Assembly: GCA_040218735.1 (NCBI GenBank)
Contig: JAVJQW010000023.1
Span: 672,001 to 736,000 of the forward strand
Direction of reading: 5' to 3'
DNA length: 64,000 nucleotides
Source of the DNA: Deltaproteobacteria bacterium
GTDB taxonomy: Bacteria; Myxococcota; Kuafuiibacteriia; Kuafuiibacteriales; Kuafuiibacteriaceae
Shown here: in pieces, positions 36,279-46,342 of the stretch
Position numbering within the stretch: the first letter of the stretch is position 1
How the letters are laid out: every line of letters starts with the position of its first letter
Made by a program: the position numbers and the translations under genes
Notes under the pieces: model-generated
Databases searched by the model: none
Seen by the model: the letters and a program-made list of their open reading frames with translations, nothing else
What the model was told of the DNA's origin: nothing

Positions 36279-37451
36279 CTACAAGCCCAAATCTTCCTCA
36301 GGCCCCCGCGTGGTCACCACGTCGTTCTCACTCGCCCACGCCGCGAGGTCCTTCCGCTTCAACGCCGCGGCCATCAGCTGGGGGAACAACGCCGGCGTAC
36401 ACGCGAAGGAGGGCACCCCGAACGCGGCGAATTCGGCCGCCGTCTCCTTGTCGAACCAGGGCGCCCCCGCGTCGTCGAGCGACAGCAGCGTCACACAATT
36501 CACGCCCGAAGCCGCGAGCGCGCCCATGCGTTTGATCATGCGCTTGCGGTTACCCCCCTCGTAGAGGTCGGTGATCAGCACCAAGATCGTGTCCTCGGGC
36601 CGCGTCACGAGCCCCTGCACGTACCCGAGCGCCCGGTCGATATCCGTGCCACCCCCGAGCTGGACGCCGAACAGCAGATCCACCGGGTCTTCGTGCAGCT
36701 CCTCGGTGAGGTCGACGACCGACGTATCGAACACGACGAGGTGTGTCTTCACGGAGGGCAGCGACGCAAGCACCGCCGCGAACACGCCGGAGTAGATCAC
36801 GGACTTCGCCATCGACCCGCTCTGGTCGACGCACAGGATCACCTCCCGGACCTCCGCGCGCCGCCGCCCGAAGCCGACGAGCCGCTCCGGAATCACCGTC
36901 CTCAGCTCCGGCTGGTAGTGCCGCAAGTTGGCTTGCACCGTTCGGCCCCAGTCGATGTCCTTCAGCTTCGGTCGCCGCCGACGCTGCGAGCGATCCACCG
37001 TGCCCACGATCGCATCGCGCAACGGCTGCTCGAGGCGCGCGATGAGATCGTCCACCACCTTGCGCACGACCTGGCGCGCCGTGTCCTTGGTGTGGTCGGG
37101 GATGACGTGTTTGAGCGACAGCAACGTCGCCACCAGATCCACGTCCGGCTCGACCGCCTCGAGCATCTCCGGTTCGAGGAGCATCTGCGCGAGGCCGAGC
37201 CGATCGAACGCGTCCTTCTGCATCACGCGCACGACGTCCTTGGGGAACAGGCTCCGCACGTCGCCGAGCCACCGCGCGACGCGCGGCGCGGACGCACCGA
37301 GGCCACCGCGCTGGTGTCCGTCCGGTTGCTCGCCGTAGAGCGTCTGGAGCGCGGAGTCGATCCGCTGGTCCTCCGTGGACAGCTCCGAGGACGACTCCTC
37401 CGGATCCGCCGCGCCGAGCACCAACCGCCACCTTCGTTTCTGCTCGCTCAC
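36279..37451 (-). CDS. VWA domain protein (CoxE/YehP-like)
   Basis: RRWRLVLG, VARWLGDVR.LFP, IDW.RT..ANL.HY, MIDAS VDQSGSM, QLGGGTDI, ITDLYEGG; GTGA overlap with the upstream gene. Confidence 0.88.
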   Translation of the reverse strand: MSEQKRRWRLVLGAADPEESSSELSTEDQRIDSALQTLYGEQPDGHQRGGLGASAPRVARWLGDVRSLFPKDVVRVMQKDAFDRLGLAQMLLEPEMLEAVEPDVDLVATLLSLKHVIPDHTKDTARQVVRKVVDDLIARLEQPLRDAIVGTVDRSQRRRRPKLKDIDWGRTVQANLRHYQPELRTVIPERLVGFGRRRAEVREVILCVDQSGSMAKSVIYSGVFAAVLASLPSVKTHLVVFDTSVVDLTEELHEDPVDLLFGVQLGGGTDIDRALGYVQGLVTRPEDTILVLITDLYEGGNRKRMIKRMGALAASGVNCVTLLSLDDAGAPWFDKETAAEFAAFGVPSFACTPALFPQLMAAALKRKDLAAWASENDVVTTRGPEEDLGL

Positions 37452-39634
37452 AGCCCCAGCATCCTCTCCACCAGCAAGCGCGCGGCGTCGGCGCGCGCGG
37501 GGTCGATCCGCTCCACACGTTTCACTTCCTGGATGCGCCCGCGCTTCACGCGCTCCGTCATCTGGCGACGCTCCGGCGCGGTGAACGTGGCAAACGTCCT
37601 GCGCAGCAGCGGCAAGAGCATCCCGAACGCTTCCTCCTCCAGCGACGCGAGCCACCGGTCGAGCACGGCCCACAGCCCTTCGTCGTACACGAGGATCTGC
37701 CCCGACCCGCGCAGGAACCCCTCCGCGAACGCCGCCGCGCGCGCCGGCTCCGCCGCGGTCGACAACGCGTACGACAGACCACGCTCCACGGCGTCGCGGT
37801 CGGTGCGGTTGGCGTCGAAGCTCAAACGCATCGCACGTCCCCTGAGCAGCGCCGGGTACGGCTCGTGCGCCGCCACCTTCGACAGCGCGTCGAACCACAG
37901 ATCGCGGTGCGCCTCCACCAAGCCGATCGCGCCGTGCACGTTCATCACGTGCGTGAACATGTCGTCCGCGGCGTCCTCGTTCAGCCCCGACACCGCCGCT
38001 GGCAAGCCGACCGCCACGCGCGTCACGAAGTCGTCGAGCACGTCCCGCACGACCTCCGTCGACGTCCCACGCACGTCACCGTAGCGAACGAGCTGCGCGA
38101 GCTGCGGGATCGCGGCCATCAGGTGCGTCAGGTCCGCGACCATCGCCGCGCGCGACTCCAACGCTGCGAGCACCTTCGGCACGAGCTCGGGGAGCTCCGC
38201 GAACATCACTTGTCGCAGCAGCACCGTCAGCGCCGACAGCTCTTCGATCTTCTCGACGCGCTCCGCCGCGAGCTTCTCCGCCGCGCTGTCGATCGTCCCG
38301 CCGTACACCCCCGCTTCGATCAACCGGATCGCGAACTCCGGCTCCCAACACAGACGCCACTCCTCTTTGAACGTCCCGAGCCCGGCGCCGCGATCGCCGC
38401 CGACACCCCACGGGACACCGAGCAGCTCGAGGCGCCGGAGCAGCACACTCTTCTCGAGGTCCCGCGGTTTGCGGAGGTCCAGCGTGACGACCTTCTCCGT
38501 CGCCGAAGGTTTCAGCCGCAATCGCTTCTGCTGCTTCGCGAGGTCCCGCATCAGCGGCACCATCGGTGTGTCGCCCGGGACGGACCCGAGCGCCTGCCCA
38601 ACGATGAGCTGCTCGTGCACGAGCTTCAGCGGGAGGACGTTCCCGAAGAGCATCACCGTTTCGATCGCGTCGTTCATCTCGTCGAGCCCGGGGAGCGGCC
38701 GACCGCGCAACGACGCGAGCGCCTCCGCCATCCGTACCGTCTCGATGACGTGCGCGGAGGACACGTCGATCCCCTCCGCGCGCAGCAGCCGCGCGACCCG
38801 CGTGAGCCACGACGCGACGACGTCCTGCGCGTGCGTGAAGAGGTGGTGATACCAACCCGGCGAACGCACGCCCGCGCCGTAACCCGCCGCGACGGAGAGG
38901 CGCCCGTGGGTCCAGGGGATCAGCGTGCACTCGACCTTCTTCTTGGGGAGCCCGCGGAGAATCTGCCGGTCGACCTTCTCGGCCGGGAGCTCCGTCAACG
39001 CGGGCACGTGCCACGCGCCGCACACGACCGCGATCTCTTCGCAGCCCTCCTTCATCGCGGCGCGGATCGTCTTGCGCATGTACGCCTCGCGCATCGACTC
39101 CCGCTTCGACTCCGCCTCCCCCTTCGCGAGGTCCCACGACAGCTCGCGGCGCAGCGAGGTCATCGCGTAGCGGATCGCTTCGAAGATCTCGCGCGCGTCC
39201 TGCCGCTCCTCGACCATGTGCTCCCACCACCGCTCGCTGTCCTCGTAGCCCGCGGCGTTGGCGATCAGCGACAGCGGATCCCCGCGCACGCGCTCCCGCT
39301 TCTCGGGTTTGTCGTCCAGCGCGAGTGAGTGGGTGATCGGCAGATCCATGAACCGCACCGGCACGCCGTGTTCGACGGCGTAGCGCGCGGCGTGAAGCTC
39401 CGGCGAGAACGCGGCGAACGGGTAGTAGACGGCCTCGGTGGGATCGTCCTTCGCGTGGATCAGGATCGCGACCGGCGGCTGCAGGCCCTCGTCGGCGAAC
39501 AGCGGTAACAGCGCGTCGGCGTCCGGCGGCCCCTCGATGAGGACGCAGTCCGGCCTCAGCTGACGAAGCGCCAGCGCGAGGCTCTTGGCGGACCCGGGGC
39601 CGTGATGCCGGATCCCGAAGACGTGGACGCCCAT
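37448..39634 (-). CDS. DUF5682/YehM-like protein
   Basis: FGIRHHGPGSA, VLIEGPPDA, YPFA.FSPE, RE.YMR..IR, VCGAWH.PAL, GYGAGV.SPGWY, RYGDVRGT. Confidence 0.85.
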   Translation of the reverse strand: MGVHVFGIRHHGPGSAKSLALALRQLRPDCVLIEGPPDADALLPLFADEGLQPPVAILIHAKDDPTEAVYYPFAAFSPELHAARYAVEHGVPVRFMDLPITHSLALDDKPEKRERVRGDPLSLIANAAGYEDSERWWEHMVEERQDAREIFEAIRYAMTSLRRELSWDLAKGEAESKRESMREAYMRKTIRAAMKEGCEEIAVVCGAWHVPALTELPAEKVDRQILRGLPKKKVECTLIPWTHGRLSVAAGYGAGVRSPGWYHHLFTHAQDVVASWLTRVARLLRAEGIDVSSAHVIETVRMAEALASLRGRPLPGLDEMNDAIETVMLFGNVLPLKLVHEQLIVGQALGSVPGDTPMVPLMRDLAKQQKRLRLKPSATEKVVTLDLRKPRDLEKSVLLRRLELLGVPWGVGGDRGAGLGTFKEEWRLCWEPEFAIRLIEAGVYGGTIDSAAEKLAAERVEKIEELSALTVLLRQVMFAELPELVPKVLAALESRAAMVADLTHLMAAIPQLAQLVRYGDVRGTSTEVVRDVLDDFVTRVAVGLPAAVSGLNEDAADDMFTHVMNVHGAIGLVEAHRDLWFDALSKVAAHEPYPALLRGRAMRLSFDANRTDRDAVERGLSYALSTAAEPARAAAFAEGFLRGSGQILVYDEGLWAVLDRWLASLEEEAFGMLLPLLRRTFATFTAPERRQMTERVKRGRIQEVKRVERIDPARADAARLLVERMLGL

Positions 39635-39638
39635 ACCG

Positions 39639-40727
39639 CTAAAGCTGCTCGCGACACGCGCGGTACAGATCGCCCCAGGCCTCGCGCTGCCGCACCACTG
39701 CTTCGAGGTACTCCTTCCACGCGATGCCGTCCTGCACCGGGTCCTTCACCACCGCACCCGTGATGCCGGACGCGATGTCCGAGGGGTGCAGCGTCCCGTC
39801 GCCGAAGTGCGCGGCCAACGCGAGCCCGCTCGACATCACCGAGATGATCTCCGCCGTCGACAGCGTGCCCGTCGGCTGCTTGAGCTTCGTGCGCCCGTCC
39901 TCCGTCTTGCCGCCGCGCAGCTCACGGAAGATCGTGACGACCCGACGAATCTCCTCGAGCGCCGGCTTCTCAGCCGGGATCTCCAACGCACGCCCCAACG
40001 CCGCGACGCGGTCGGCGACGATCGTCACCTCCTCGTCCGCCGTCGCGGGCAGCGGCAACACCACCGTGTTGAAGCGACGCTTCAGCGCGGACGACAGCTC
40101 GTTGACGCCCTTGTCGCGGTTGTTCGCCGTCGCGATCACGTTGAAGCCACGCACCGCCTGCACCTGCGTCCCGAGCTCGGGGATCGGCAGCGCCTTCTCG
40201 GAGAGCACGGTGATCAACGTGTCCTGCACGTCGGAGGGGATGCGCGTCAGCTCTTCGATGCGCGCGAGCGCACCCTCGCGCATCGCGTTCATCACCGGGC
40301 TCGGCACCATCGCGCCCTCGGTCGGCCCCTCGGCGAGGAGCTTCGCGTAGTTCCATCCGTAACGAATCGCGTCCTCTGCGGTGCCGGCGGTGCCCTGCAC
40401 GAGGCGTTTGGAGTCGCCGCTGATCGCCGCCGCGAGGTGCTCCGAAACCCACGACTTCGCGGTGCCCGGCACGCCGTACAACAGCAGCGCGCGGTCCGTC
40501 GCGAGCGTCGCGATGGCGACCTCCATCAGCCGCTGCTGGCCGATGTACTTGGGGCGCACCTCGAAGCCGTTCGCGAGCTTCCCGCCGAGCAGGTACGTCA
40601 GCGTCGCCCACGGCGAGAGCTTCCAGTTCGGCGGACGCTGCCGGTCGTCGATCTTCGCGAGCTCTTCGAGCTCCTCCGCGAACTCGTCTTCGGCCTGACG
40701 TCGGATGAGTTGTTCGTTCATGGTCAT
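39639..40727 (-). CDS. MoxR-family AAA+ ATPase (YehL subfamily)
   Basis: Walker A GVPGTAKS, YGWNYA.LLA.GP, Walker B-like RIEELTR, ATANNRDKGVNELSSALKRRF. Confidence 0.92.
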   Translation of the reverse strand: MTMNEQLIRRQAEDEFAEELEELAKIDDRQRPPNWKLSPWATLTYLLGGKLANGFEVRPKYIGQQRLMEVAIATLATDRALLLYGVPGTAKSWVSEHLAAAISGDSKRLVQGTAGTAEDAIRYGWNYAKLLAEGPTEGAMVPSPVMNAMREGALARIEELTRIPSDVQDTLITVLSEKALPIPELGTQVQAVRGFNVIATANNRDKGVNELSSALKRRFNTVVLPLPATADEEVTIVADRVAALGRALEIPAEKPALEEIRRVVTIFRELRGGKTEDGRTKLKQPTGTLSTAEIISVMSSGLALAAHFGDGTLHPSDIASGITGAVVKDPVQDGIAWKEYLEAVVRQREAWGDLYRACREQL

Positions 40728-42175
40728 TCGTCTTCCTGCAGGGCCGCGGTCATGGCGGCCCGTCGTTCGAGGGCTTCGAGGCAGTCGATGAGCGACTTCT
40801 TCCAGTAGGAGCGCTCCGAGATGTGCATCACGAGTTGTTTCACGGCGGGGAGCGAGCTGGGCGCGAGCTTGCGCCCGGCGTCGCGCAACACGTTGAACGC
40901 GGGGAACTCACCGAGCCGCTCCTCACTCGCGACGAGCTTCCCGATCGCGGCGACCACCTGCTTCGACAGCTCGACGTTCCAAGGGCCATCGACCTTCGGG
41001 AGGTGGAACAGCGCGCGGTGCAGCGACAGGTGCGAGGTCGCGCGCTTCAGCACGCGGAGGAACAGCGCCTCGCGACGCTCCGCCGGGAGCGCGCTCCACA
41101 GCGCGCCGTCCTCTTCGACCTTCTCGAAGATCAGCGCCTCCAACCAGTCGTCGGCGCCGTACGCCTTCGCGGCCGACGCAAAGCCGGGCGCGAGCAAGTT
41201 GCGTTGCTCGCTGCGCAGCAGCGCTTCGACGAGCCGCGGCGCGTTTCGCTCGAACGCGGCTTCGTACGCGGTGGGGGGCGTCGCCTCGAGGATCTGCGTG
41301 AGACACCAGTGGAAGCCGTCGGCGCTGGCGTCCGACTCGACGATCCCGTCGCGGAGCATCGCCTCGTCGATGGCGGTCGGGAGTGTGACCTCCCAACCCT
41401 CCGCCGAGACACGAACGAACTCGAGCGCGCGCTCGATCATGCGCTTCGCGCGGCGTGACTCGGGGAGGCGACCGAGGACCCTCGCAGCGGCGCGACGAAC
41501 CTCCTTCGACTTGTCGTCGAGGCACGACTCCAGGAACGGCTCGTCGTCCATCGTGAGGCCGGTGCGCAGCGTCTCGACCAGCGCCGTGCGCACGCGCGCC
41601 TTCTCGGCGGGGAGCGCCTTTTCGACCGCCGCGCGCGCGCCGGCGGGATCGATCTTGCGCCAGCCCTCGAGCTGCCGAGTCTGCTCTTCCGCGGAGGCGG
41701 CCTCGAACGCCTCCACGTCCGGCGCCTCGGGGCGCGCCAACGCGTAGCGCCACGCTTCGTTGTGGCGCGCGAGCCAACGACCGCGCTCTCCGATCACCGC
41801 GCGCACGCGCTCTGCGAGCTTGGGGTGATGTCGACCGGCTTCGAGGATCGCGGGGAGGAGGCGCGGCGGCAGGCAACGGTCGGCGTTCGCGACGCCGTCG
41901 AGCCACTCGGGCAACAGCTCGCGATGCCGCGGCTCGTAGAGGAACAACGTCCCGTGCGCGACGGCGCGCGCGCCGATGTAACGCTGGTCCTCCGGCGCGC
42001 AGATCTCAGGCCGTGGGGTCTGAGCGTCGTCGGGGAGTCGGCCGGCGTCGCGGGTGATCAGCGTGAGCGCGGCGGCGTCGAGGAGCGCCTTTTCGGCGTC
42101 TTCACCCGCGGACGCATCGCGCTCCACGCCGAGGAGCGCCTGCTTCACGATCTGGTCCCAGGGCTGCGTCACCAC
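40724..42175 (-). CDS. DUF5691-like helical protein of the YehL cluster
   Basis: ALLG, LLDAAA, LLPEWL, GERGRWLA..N..W, DEPFLE..LDDKSKEVR..AA..L..LP.S. Confidence 0.78.
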   Translation of the reverse strand: MVTQPWDQIVKQALLGVERDASAGEDAEKALLDAAALTLITRDAGRLPDDAQTPRPEICAPEDQRYIGARAVAHGTLFLYEPRHRELLPEWLDGVANADRCLPPRLLPAILEAGRHHPKLAERVRAVIGERGRWLARHNEAWRYALARPEAPDVEAFEAASAEEQTRQLEGWRKIDPAGARAAVEKALPAEKARVRTALVETLRTGLTMDDEPFLESCLDDKSKEVRRAAARVLGRLPESRRAKRMIERALEFVRVSAEGWEVTLPTAIDEAMLRDGIVESDASADGFHWCLTQILEATPPTAYEAAFERNAPRLVEALLRSEQRNLLAPGFASAAKAYGADDWLEALIFEKVEEDGALWSALPAERREALFLRVLKRATSHLSLHRALFHLPKVDGPWNVELSKQVVAAIGKLVASEERLGEFPAFNVLRDAGRKLAPSSLPAVKQLVMHISERSYWKKSLIDCLEALERRAAMTAALQEDE

Positions 42176-43563
42176 GTCGCCACCCGCCCCGTCGTGAACG
42201 CGACGTAGCCGTCGGCTTCGGACACCGCGGCGTAGGGGAGCACGGCGCCTTCACGCCACTCACCGAGCACCGCGATCGGACGCCCGCCGCCGATGCCAAA
42301 CAACGACCACCGCTCCTCGTGCTCCTCGGAGATCGCGGCCTCGTGGGTGTCGTCGCGCAGCGCCCACCCCGCTTCGGTCTGCACCACGGTCACGTCGCGC
42401 AACCGCGCACAGAAACCTCCGGCCCACGGTTGTCGAGCGAGGACATCGCCGTTGCGCGCGTAGTTCGCTTCAATGGAATCACAGATCTCGAACAGGTCGG
42501 CGACGTCGCGCGTGACGATCTCCGGCTCCGTCTGCGCCAACGCGCGCACCGGCCAGCTCCCGGGATAAAACGCGAGGCGGGCCTTCACACACGCGCCGGC
42601 GACGAAACGTTTGTCGAGCGGCGCGCCGTTGAACGAGAAGTCGAGAAGCAGCGCTTCGCGCTTGGAGCGTGTCCCGTACAGCCAGGTGCGCTGCGTGAGC
42701 ATCGCGTCCTCGGGATCTTCGCGAACCCACTGCCCGAGGACCCACCACACGTCGTCGACGCCGGGCCCCGCCTCCAGCGCGGCCTTGCTCTGCCTGAAGC
42801 CGATCCGCGCGCGCACCTCGGCGGCGACGTCCTCGTCCAGCGTGTCGATGCGCCGATACGCCTCGACCAACAGGTGCGTGCGCGCGAGCTGCGCGACGAA
42901 CCGCGACGCCCAGTCGGGGCCCACGTGCACGACGCTCCCGAGCGTCCGCACCATCTTCGCGAGCCCGGGCGCTTGCGCGTCGACGAGGCGCGCGCCCATC
43001 TCGTCCCAGTAGCGATAGGAGTGCTCGGCCTGCGCGGCGACGCCCTGCCGCACGACGTCCCGCAGGAACAGCGCGAGATCCTCGACGCCCGCGGCGACCT
43101 TCGCCTCGCGCTCCGCGGCGCGCTTCGTGGCGCCGGCCTCACGCTTCGCGGCGGTCTCGGGATCGACCGGCTCGTTCTTTCGCGCCTCCCGCTCCGCGCG
43201 ACGTTTGTCGCGCTCGACCCGCTTGATGATCCAGTCCTCGACCCACCCCGGCGGGGCCTTGTCGGGCACGACCTCCGGCTGATCGGCGTACAGGAAGAGA
43301 AGCGCAAGCCCGTGTTTGCAAGGCCGCTTGCGGCTCGGACAGGTGCAGGAGATCTCGGCGGTCGCGAGGTCCACGATCGCCTGGTACGGCGTGCGCCCGC
43401 GTCCCCCGACGCCGCCCCAGACCAGCGTCGCCATTCGGCCGAGGCCGATCCACCGGGAGGGGAACGCGAGGCCCTTCGCCCGCGTGACGGACGCCGGATC
43501 GGGCGCGATCCGTTCGACACGCGCGGCGTCCCACTGCGCGGTGATCTTGGCGTCGTCGGCCAT
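42169..43563 (-). CDS. SWIM zinc-finger protein (YehQ-like)
   Basis: APD..S, PYQ..VDL, SWIM CTCPSRKRPCKH.LALL, RLVDAQAPGLA, FYPG..P.RA. Confidence 0.88.
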   Translation of the reverse strand: MADDAKITAQWDAARVERIAPDPASVTRAKGLAFPSRWIGLGRMATLVWGGVGGRGRTPYQAIVDLATAEISCTCPSRKRPCKHGLALLFLYADQPEVVPDKAPPGWVEDWIIKRVERDKRRAEREARKNEPVDPETAAKREAGATKRAAEREAKVAAGVEDLALFLRDVVRQGVAAQAEHSYRYWDEMGARLVDAQAPGLAKMVRTLGSVVHVGPDWASRFVAQLARTHLLVEAYRRIDTLDEDVAAEVRARIGFRQSKAALEAGPGVDDVWWVLGQWVREDPEDAMLTQRTWLYGTRSKREALLLDFSFNGAPLDKRFVAGACVKARLAFYPGSWPVRALAQTEPEIVTRDVADLFEICDSIEANYARNGDVLARQPWAGGFCARLRDVTVVQTEAGWALRDDTHEAAISEEHEERWSLFGIGGGRPIAVLGEWREGAVLPYAAVSEADGYVAFTTGRVATW

Positions 43564-43635
43564 GCGGGGGCGAGGACGCTAGCAGCGCAGGGGGAGCGGA
43601 CCAACCGCCCAGCTCTCGCTAAAACTCGGCCTCGG

Positions 43636-45747
43636 TCAGAAATCCGGGATCTGACACAGGTGCGTGTTCGGGTTGCAGATCTCCCCTTCGTCACATCCCG
43701 CGTCCTCACACGGCGGCACGCACTCGTCGTTCGACGGGTCGCAGACCTGCCCCGCGTCGCAGCCGCACGGATCCGTCGGCGGCGTCACGTCGCCGGGGTC
43801 CACGCATTCGGCGATGTCGTAGTCACACGCCTGCGAAGGATCGCACTCGACCTCGCCGCACGGTGAGCCGCACTCCGCGATGTCCTCTTCGGGATCGCAG
43901 AACTGGCTGACCTCGCAGAGGTCGCACGGGTCGCCGGGGGTGTTCGGGTTGTTGGCCCAGTCCCAGCGGCGGTAGGCGACGACGATCTCGTCGTCCTTGT
44001 TCGGGACCGCGTCGCCGAGGAAGACGATGCGGTTGTTGATCGGATCGTAGTCGAAGCCGTTCTCGCGGCTGCGCGGGATGACACGGCCCTGGCCCGGCGG
44101 GCCGACCGCGACACGCAGCGTCGCCGACGCCGGGAGGCCCGAGAGCTGGTACGCGCTCGCGATGCCCGTCGCCGCGCGCGCGACGTCTTCCAGGTTCTGA
44201 CGCATGTCGCCGCACAACGAACCGAACGCACCGCCCGTCGCGTTCGCGACCTCGACGTAGCCCTGCCCCGGCTCGAAGTCGTCGCGCGTCCCGGTCTGCT
44301 GGCAACCGTTCGGGAGGTCGCCCACGATCGCAAACGTGACGGCGTCGCGCTGCGTGTACTGCGACACGAAGTCGTCGATCACGCTCTCGCCACCCGAGCA
44401 GAACGTCTGCTGGCTCTCCTCGCGCTCACAACCGCCACACGCCACACACTCCACCGTCTGGTCGCGCTCGTCGGACATGTGGATGACGACGATCGCCGCG
44501 TCCTCGCGAAGCTTCTCACCTTCGGCCGCCGCACCCGCCGCCGTCGCCGGCAGCGCACGATCGATCGCCATGATCCCGGTCTGAAGACCCGGCTCCCAAC
44601 CACCGTCCGCACCGACCACGATGTCGCGCTTGAACTGCTCGACGTCCGCCGTGAAGCCGTCGCCCTCGAGGCGCCCGCGCCGCGGGTCGTTCTCGTTCTG
44701 CGCGCGCGTCCGCGTGACGGCGAGGCGGAAGTCGACCTCCGCGAGTGACAGCACTTCTTCCATCGCGTCGGCCGCCGCGCGCACCGCCATCTGGTCGTCC
44801 TCCATCGAGCCGCTGTCGTCGACGACCCACAGGATGTCCGCCTTGCTCTGCTCCTTCGCGACGAACTCGTCGCAGACGTGCCGCGTGAACGCGCCGTGGC
44901 GCGCGACGTTCGTCCCGTCCGTCAGCTCCTCCACACGAATGAGCTGATCGCCCGACGGCTCCTCCGCGATCACGACCGCCGCGACCATCACGAAGTGGTT
45001 CGCCTCGCGACGTACCGTCAGCAGGTTCAGCGTCAGGTCACGCCCCGCCGTGCCCTGCCCCGCCGGCAACGTCCCCATCAGCGGCGCGCCGCTCAGGAAC
45101 GCCGACGCGAGCTCGTTGATCACGTCCGTCGCTGCGACCATCTGCCCCGAGCGAATGCGGAAACTCGCCTGCTCCGCGTCGAAGCCCTCCGCCGTGACGA
45201 ACGCGCGCGTGCGCTGCGCTTCGATCTGACCGAGCGACGCGATCGAAGACCGACGCTCGTAGTCACGCTGCGCCGAAGGCGTCGCGACACCAGCGGCCGG
45301 CCGCTTCCCGATCAACACCGCGGCCACGCCGCGATCCGGATCCAGGAACACCGCACCCGGCGCGCGGTTGTCGCTCGTCCGAAGCATCGAACGCTCCCGA
45401 ACCTGCGCGTCCGCGAGCAACATCGCGTCGGCACCCGGGATGTCGTAGACGAAGAACGGACGGTCGTTGCTCGGGTCACACGCGAGCGTCGACACCTCGT
45501 CGCTGTCGAGGATGCCGTCGCCGTCCGTGTCCTCCTTCGTCGGATCCGTCTCGCCGGGATTCACCATCCCGTCCTGGTTCCGGTCCTCCGTCTGATCCGG
45601 AAAGCCGTCCTGGTCCGTGTCGACCTGGTCCGGCGGCAACCCCGCGTTCGGGTCGCTCTTGCAGCTCGGCGCCGCCGCCGCGAAGGCGAGCATCGCCGTT
45701 ACGACGATCGTCCGACTGAACGCTTGTTCGATCCCCTTACCCGTCAT
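43636..45747 (-). CDS. lipoprotein with thrombospondin type-3-like Ca-binding repeats, VWA domain and Cys-rich tail (CglD-like adhesin)
   Basis: Lipobox-like AAAPSC; DTDQDGFPD..EDRNQDG..GETDPT..DTDGDGILD; MIDAS DILWVVDDSGSM..SDE; RSRENGFDY; Cys-rich C-terminus. Start uncertain. Confidence 0.75.
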   Translation of the reverse strand: MTGKGIEQAFSRTIVVTAMLAFAAAAPSCKSDPNAGLPPDQVDTDQDGFPDQTEDRNQDGMVNPGETDPTKEDTDGDGILDSDEVSTLACDPSNDRPFFVYDIPGADAMLLADAQVRERSMLRTSDNRAPGAVFLDPDRGVAAVLIGKRPAAGVATPSAQRDYERRSSIASLGQIEAQRTRAFVTAEGFDAEQASFRIRSGQMVAATDVINELASAFLSGAPLMGTLPAGQGTAGRDLTLNLLTVRREANHFVMVAAVVIAEEPSGDQLIRVEELTDGTNVARHGAFTRHVCDEFVAKEQSKADILWVVDDSGSMEDDQMAVRAAADAMEEVLSLAEVDFRLAVTRTRAQNENDPRRGRLEGDGFTADVEQFKRDIVVGADGGWEPGLQTGIMAIDRALPATAAGAAAEGEKLREDAAIVVIHMSDERDQTVECVACGGCEREESQQTFCSGGESVIDDFVSQYTQRDAVTFAIVGDLPNGCQQTGTRDDFEPGQGYVEVANATGGAFGSLCGDMRQNLEDVARAATGIASAYQLSGLPASATLRVAVGPPGQGRVIPRSRENGFDYDPINNRIVFLGDAVPNKDDEIVVAYRRWDWANNPNTPGDPCDLCEVSQFCDPEEDIAECGSPCGEVECDPSQACDYDIAECVDPGDVTPPTDPCGCDAGQVCDPSNDECVPPCEDAGCDEGEICNPNTHLCQIPDF

Positions 45748-45899
45748 GGCGGGGAACATTCGTCGCAATCTCGGGACCCTACGGCGCCGTTGGTGCTTTT
45801 GGCCCCCGGTGAGGAGCCCCCTCCTCACTTCGGGTCCAATACACCCCTCACGTGAGACGTGCGGCCCTCGACTCGACGGTCGAGGCAGCGAGGACCCGA

Positions 45900-46319
45900 T
45901 CAGCTCTTTTGAGGTGGCGCCGGCGGCTTCGACGGCGCGCCGTTCGACTTGCTCATCGTGCAGCTGCCGTCGAACGTGACGCCCTTTTCGATCTCGAGCG
46001 CCGGCGTGGTGACGTTCCCGCGGAGACGACCCGGCGCCTTGATCTGCACCGACTCCTTCGCCGTGATGTCCCCCTCGACGCTCCCGTTGATGACGACGCT
46101 GCCCACGTTGAGCGTCGCCTTCACCTCGGCCCCGGGGCCGATCAGCAGTAGGTCGTTCGTTTGGATCTCACCTTCGAACTTCCCGTCGATGCGCACCGCG
46201 CCCTCGAAGGTCAGCTTCCCGGAGAAGCGCGCCTCGCGCCCCAGGATCGTGTGAGCATCCGCTGGATTGATTCGCGCCGACGACACCGAGTCCTCCCGTT
46301 TCCCGCCCATGATCGCCAT
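45900..46319 (-). CDS. bacM: bactofilin (polymer-forming cytoskeletal protein), BacM-like
   Basis: TILG....F.GKLTFEG.VRIDGKFEGEI..L.IG..A.V..V.I.G.V.G.I.A...V.I...G.L.GNV.TP.LEIEKGV.FDGSC.M; directly downstream of parB. Confidence 0.88.
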   Translation of the reverse strand: MAIMGGKREDSVSSARINPADAHTILGREARFSGKLTFEGAVRIDGKFEGEIQTNDLLLIGPGAEVKATLNVGSVVINGSVEGDITAKESVQIKAPGRLRGNVTTPALEIEKGVTFDGSCTMSKSNGAPSKPPAPPQKS

Positions 46320-46342
46320 CGATCGTTACCTCTTCTTCTTCG

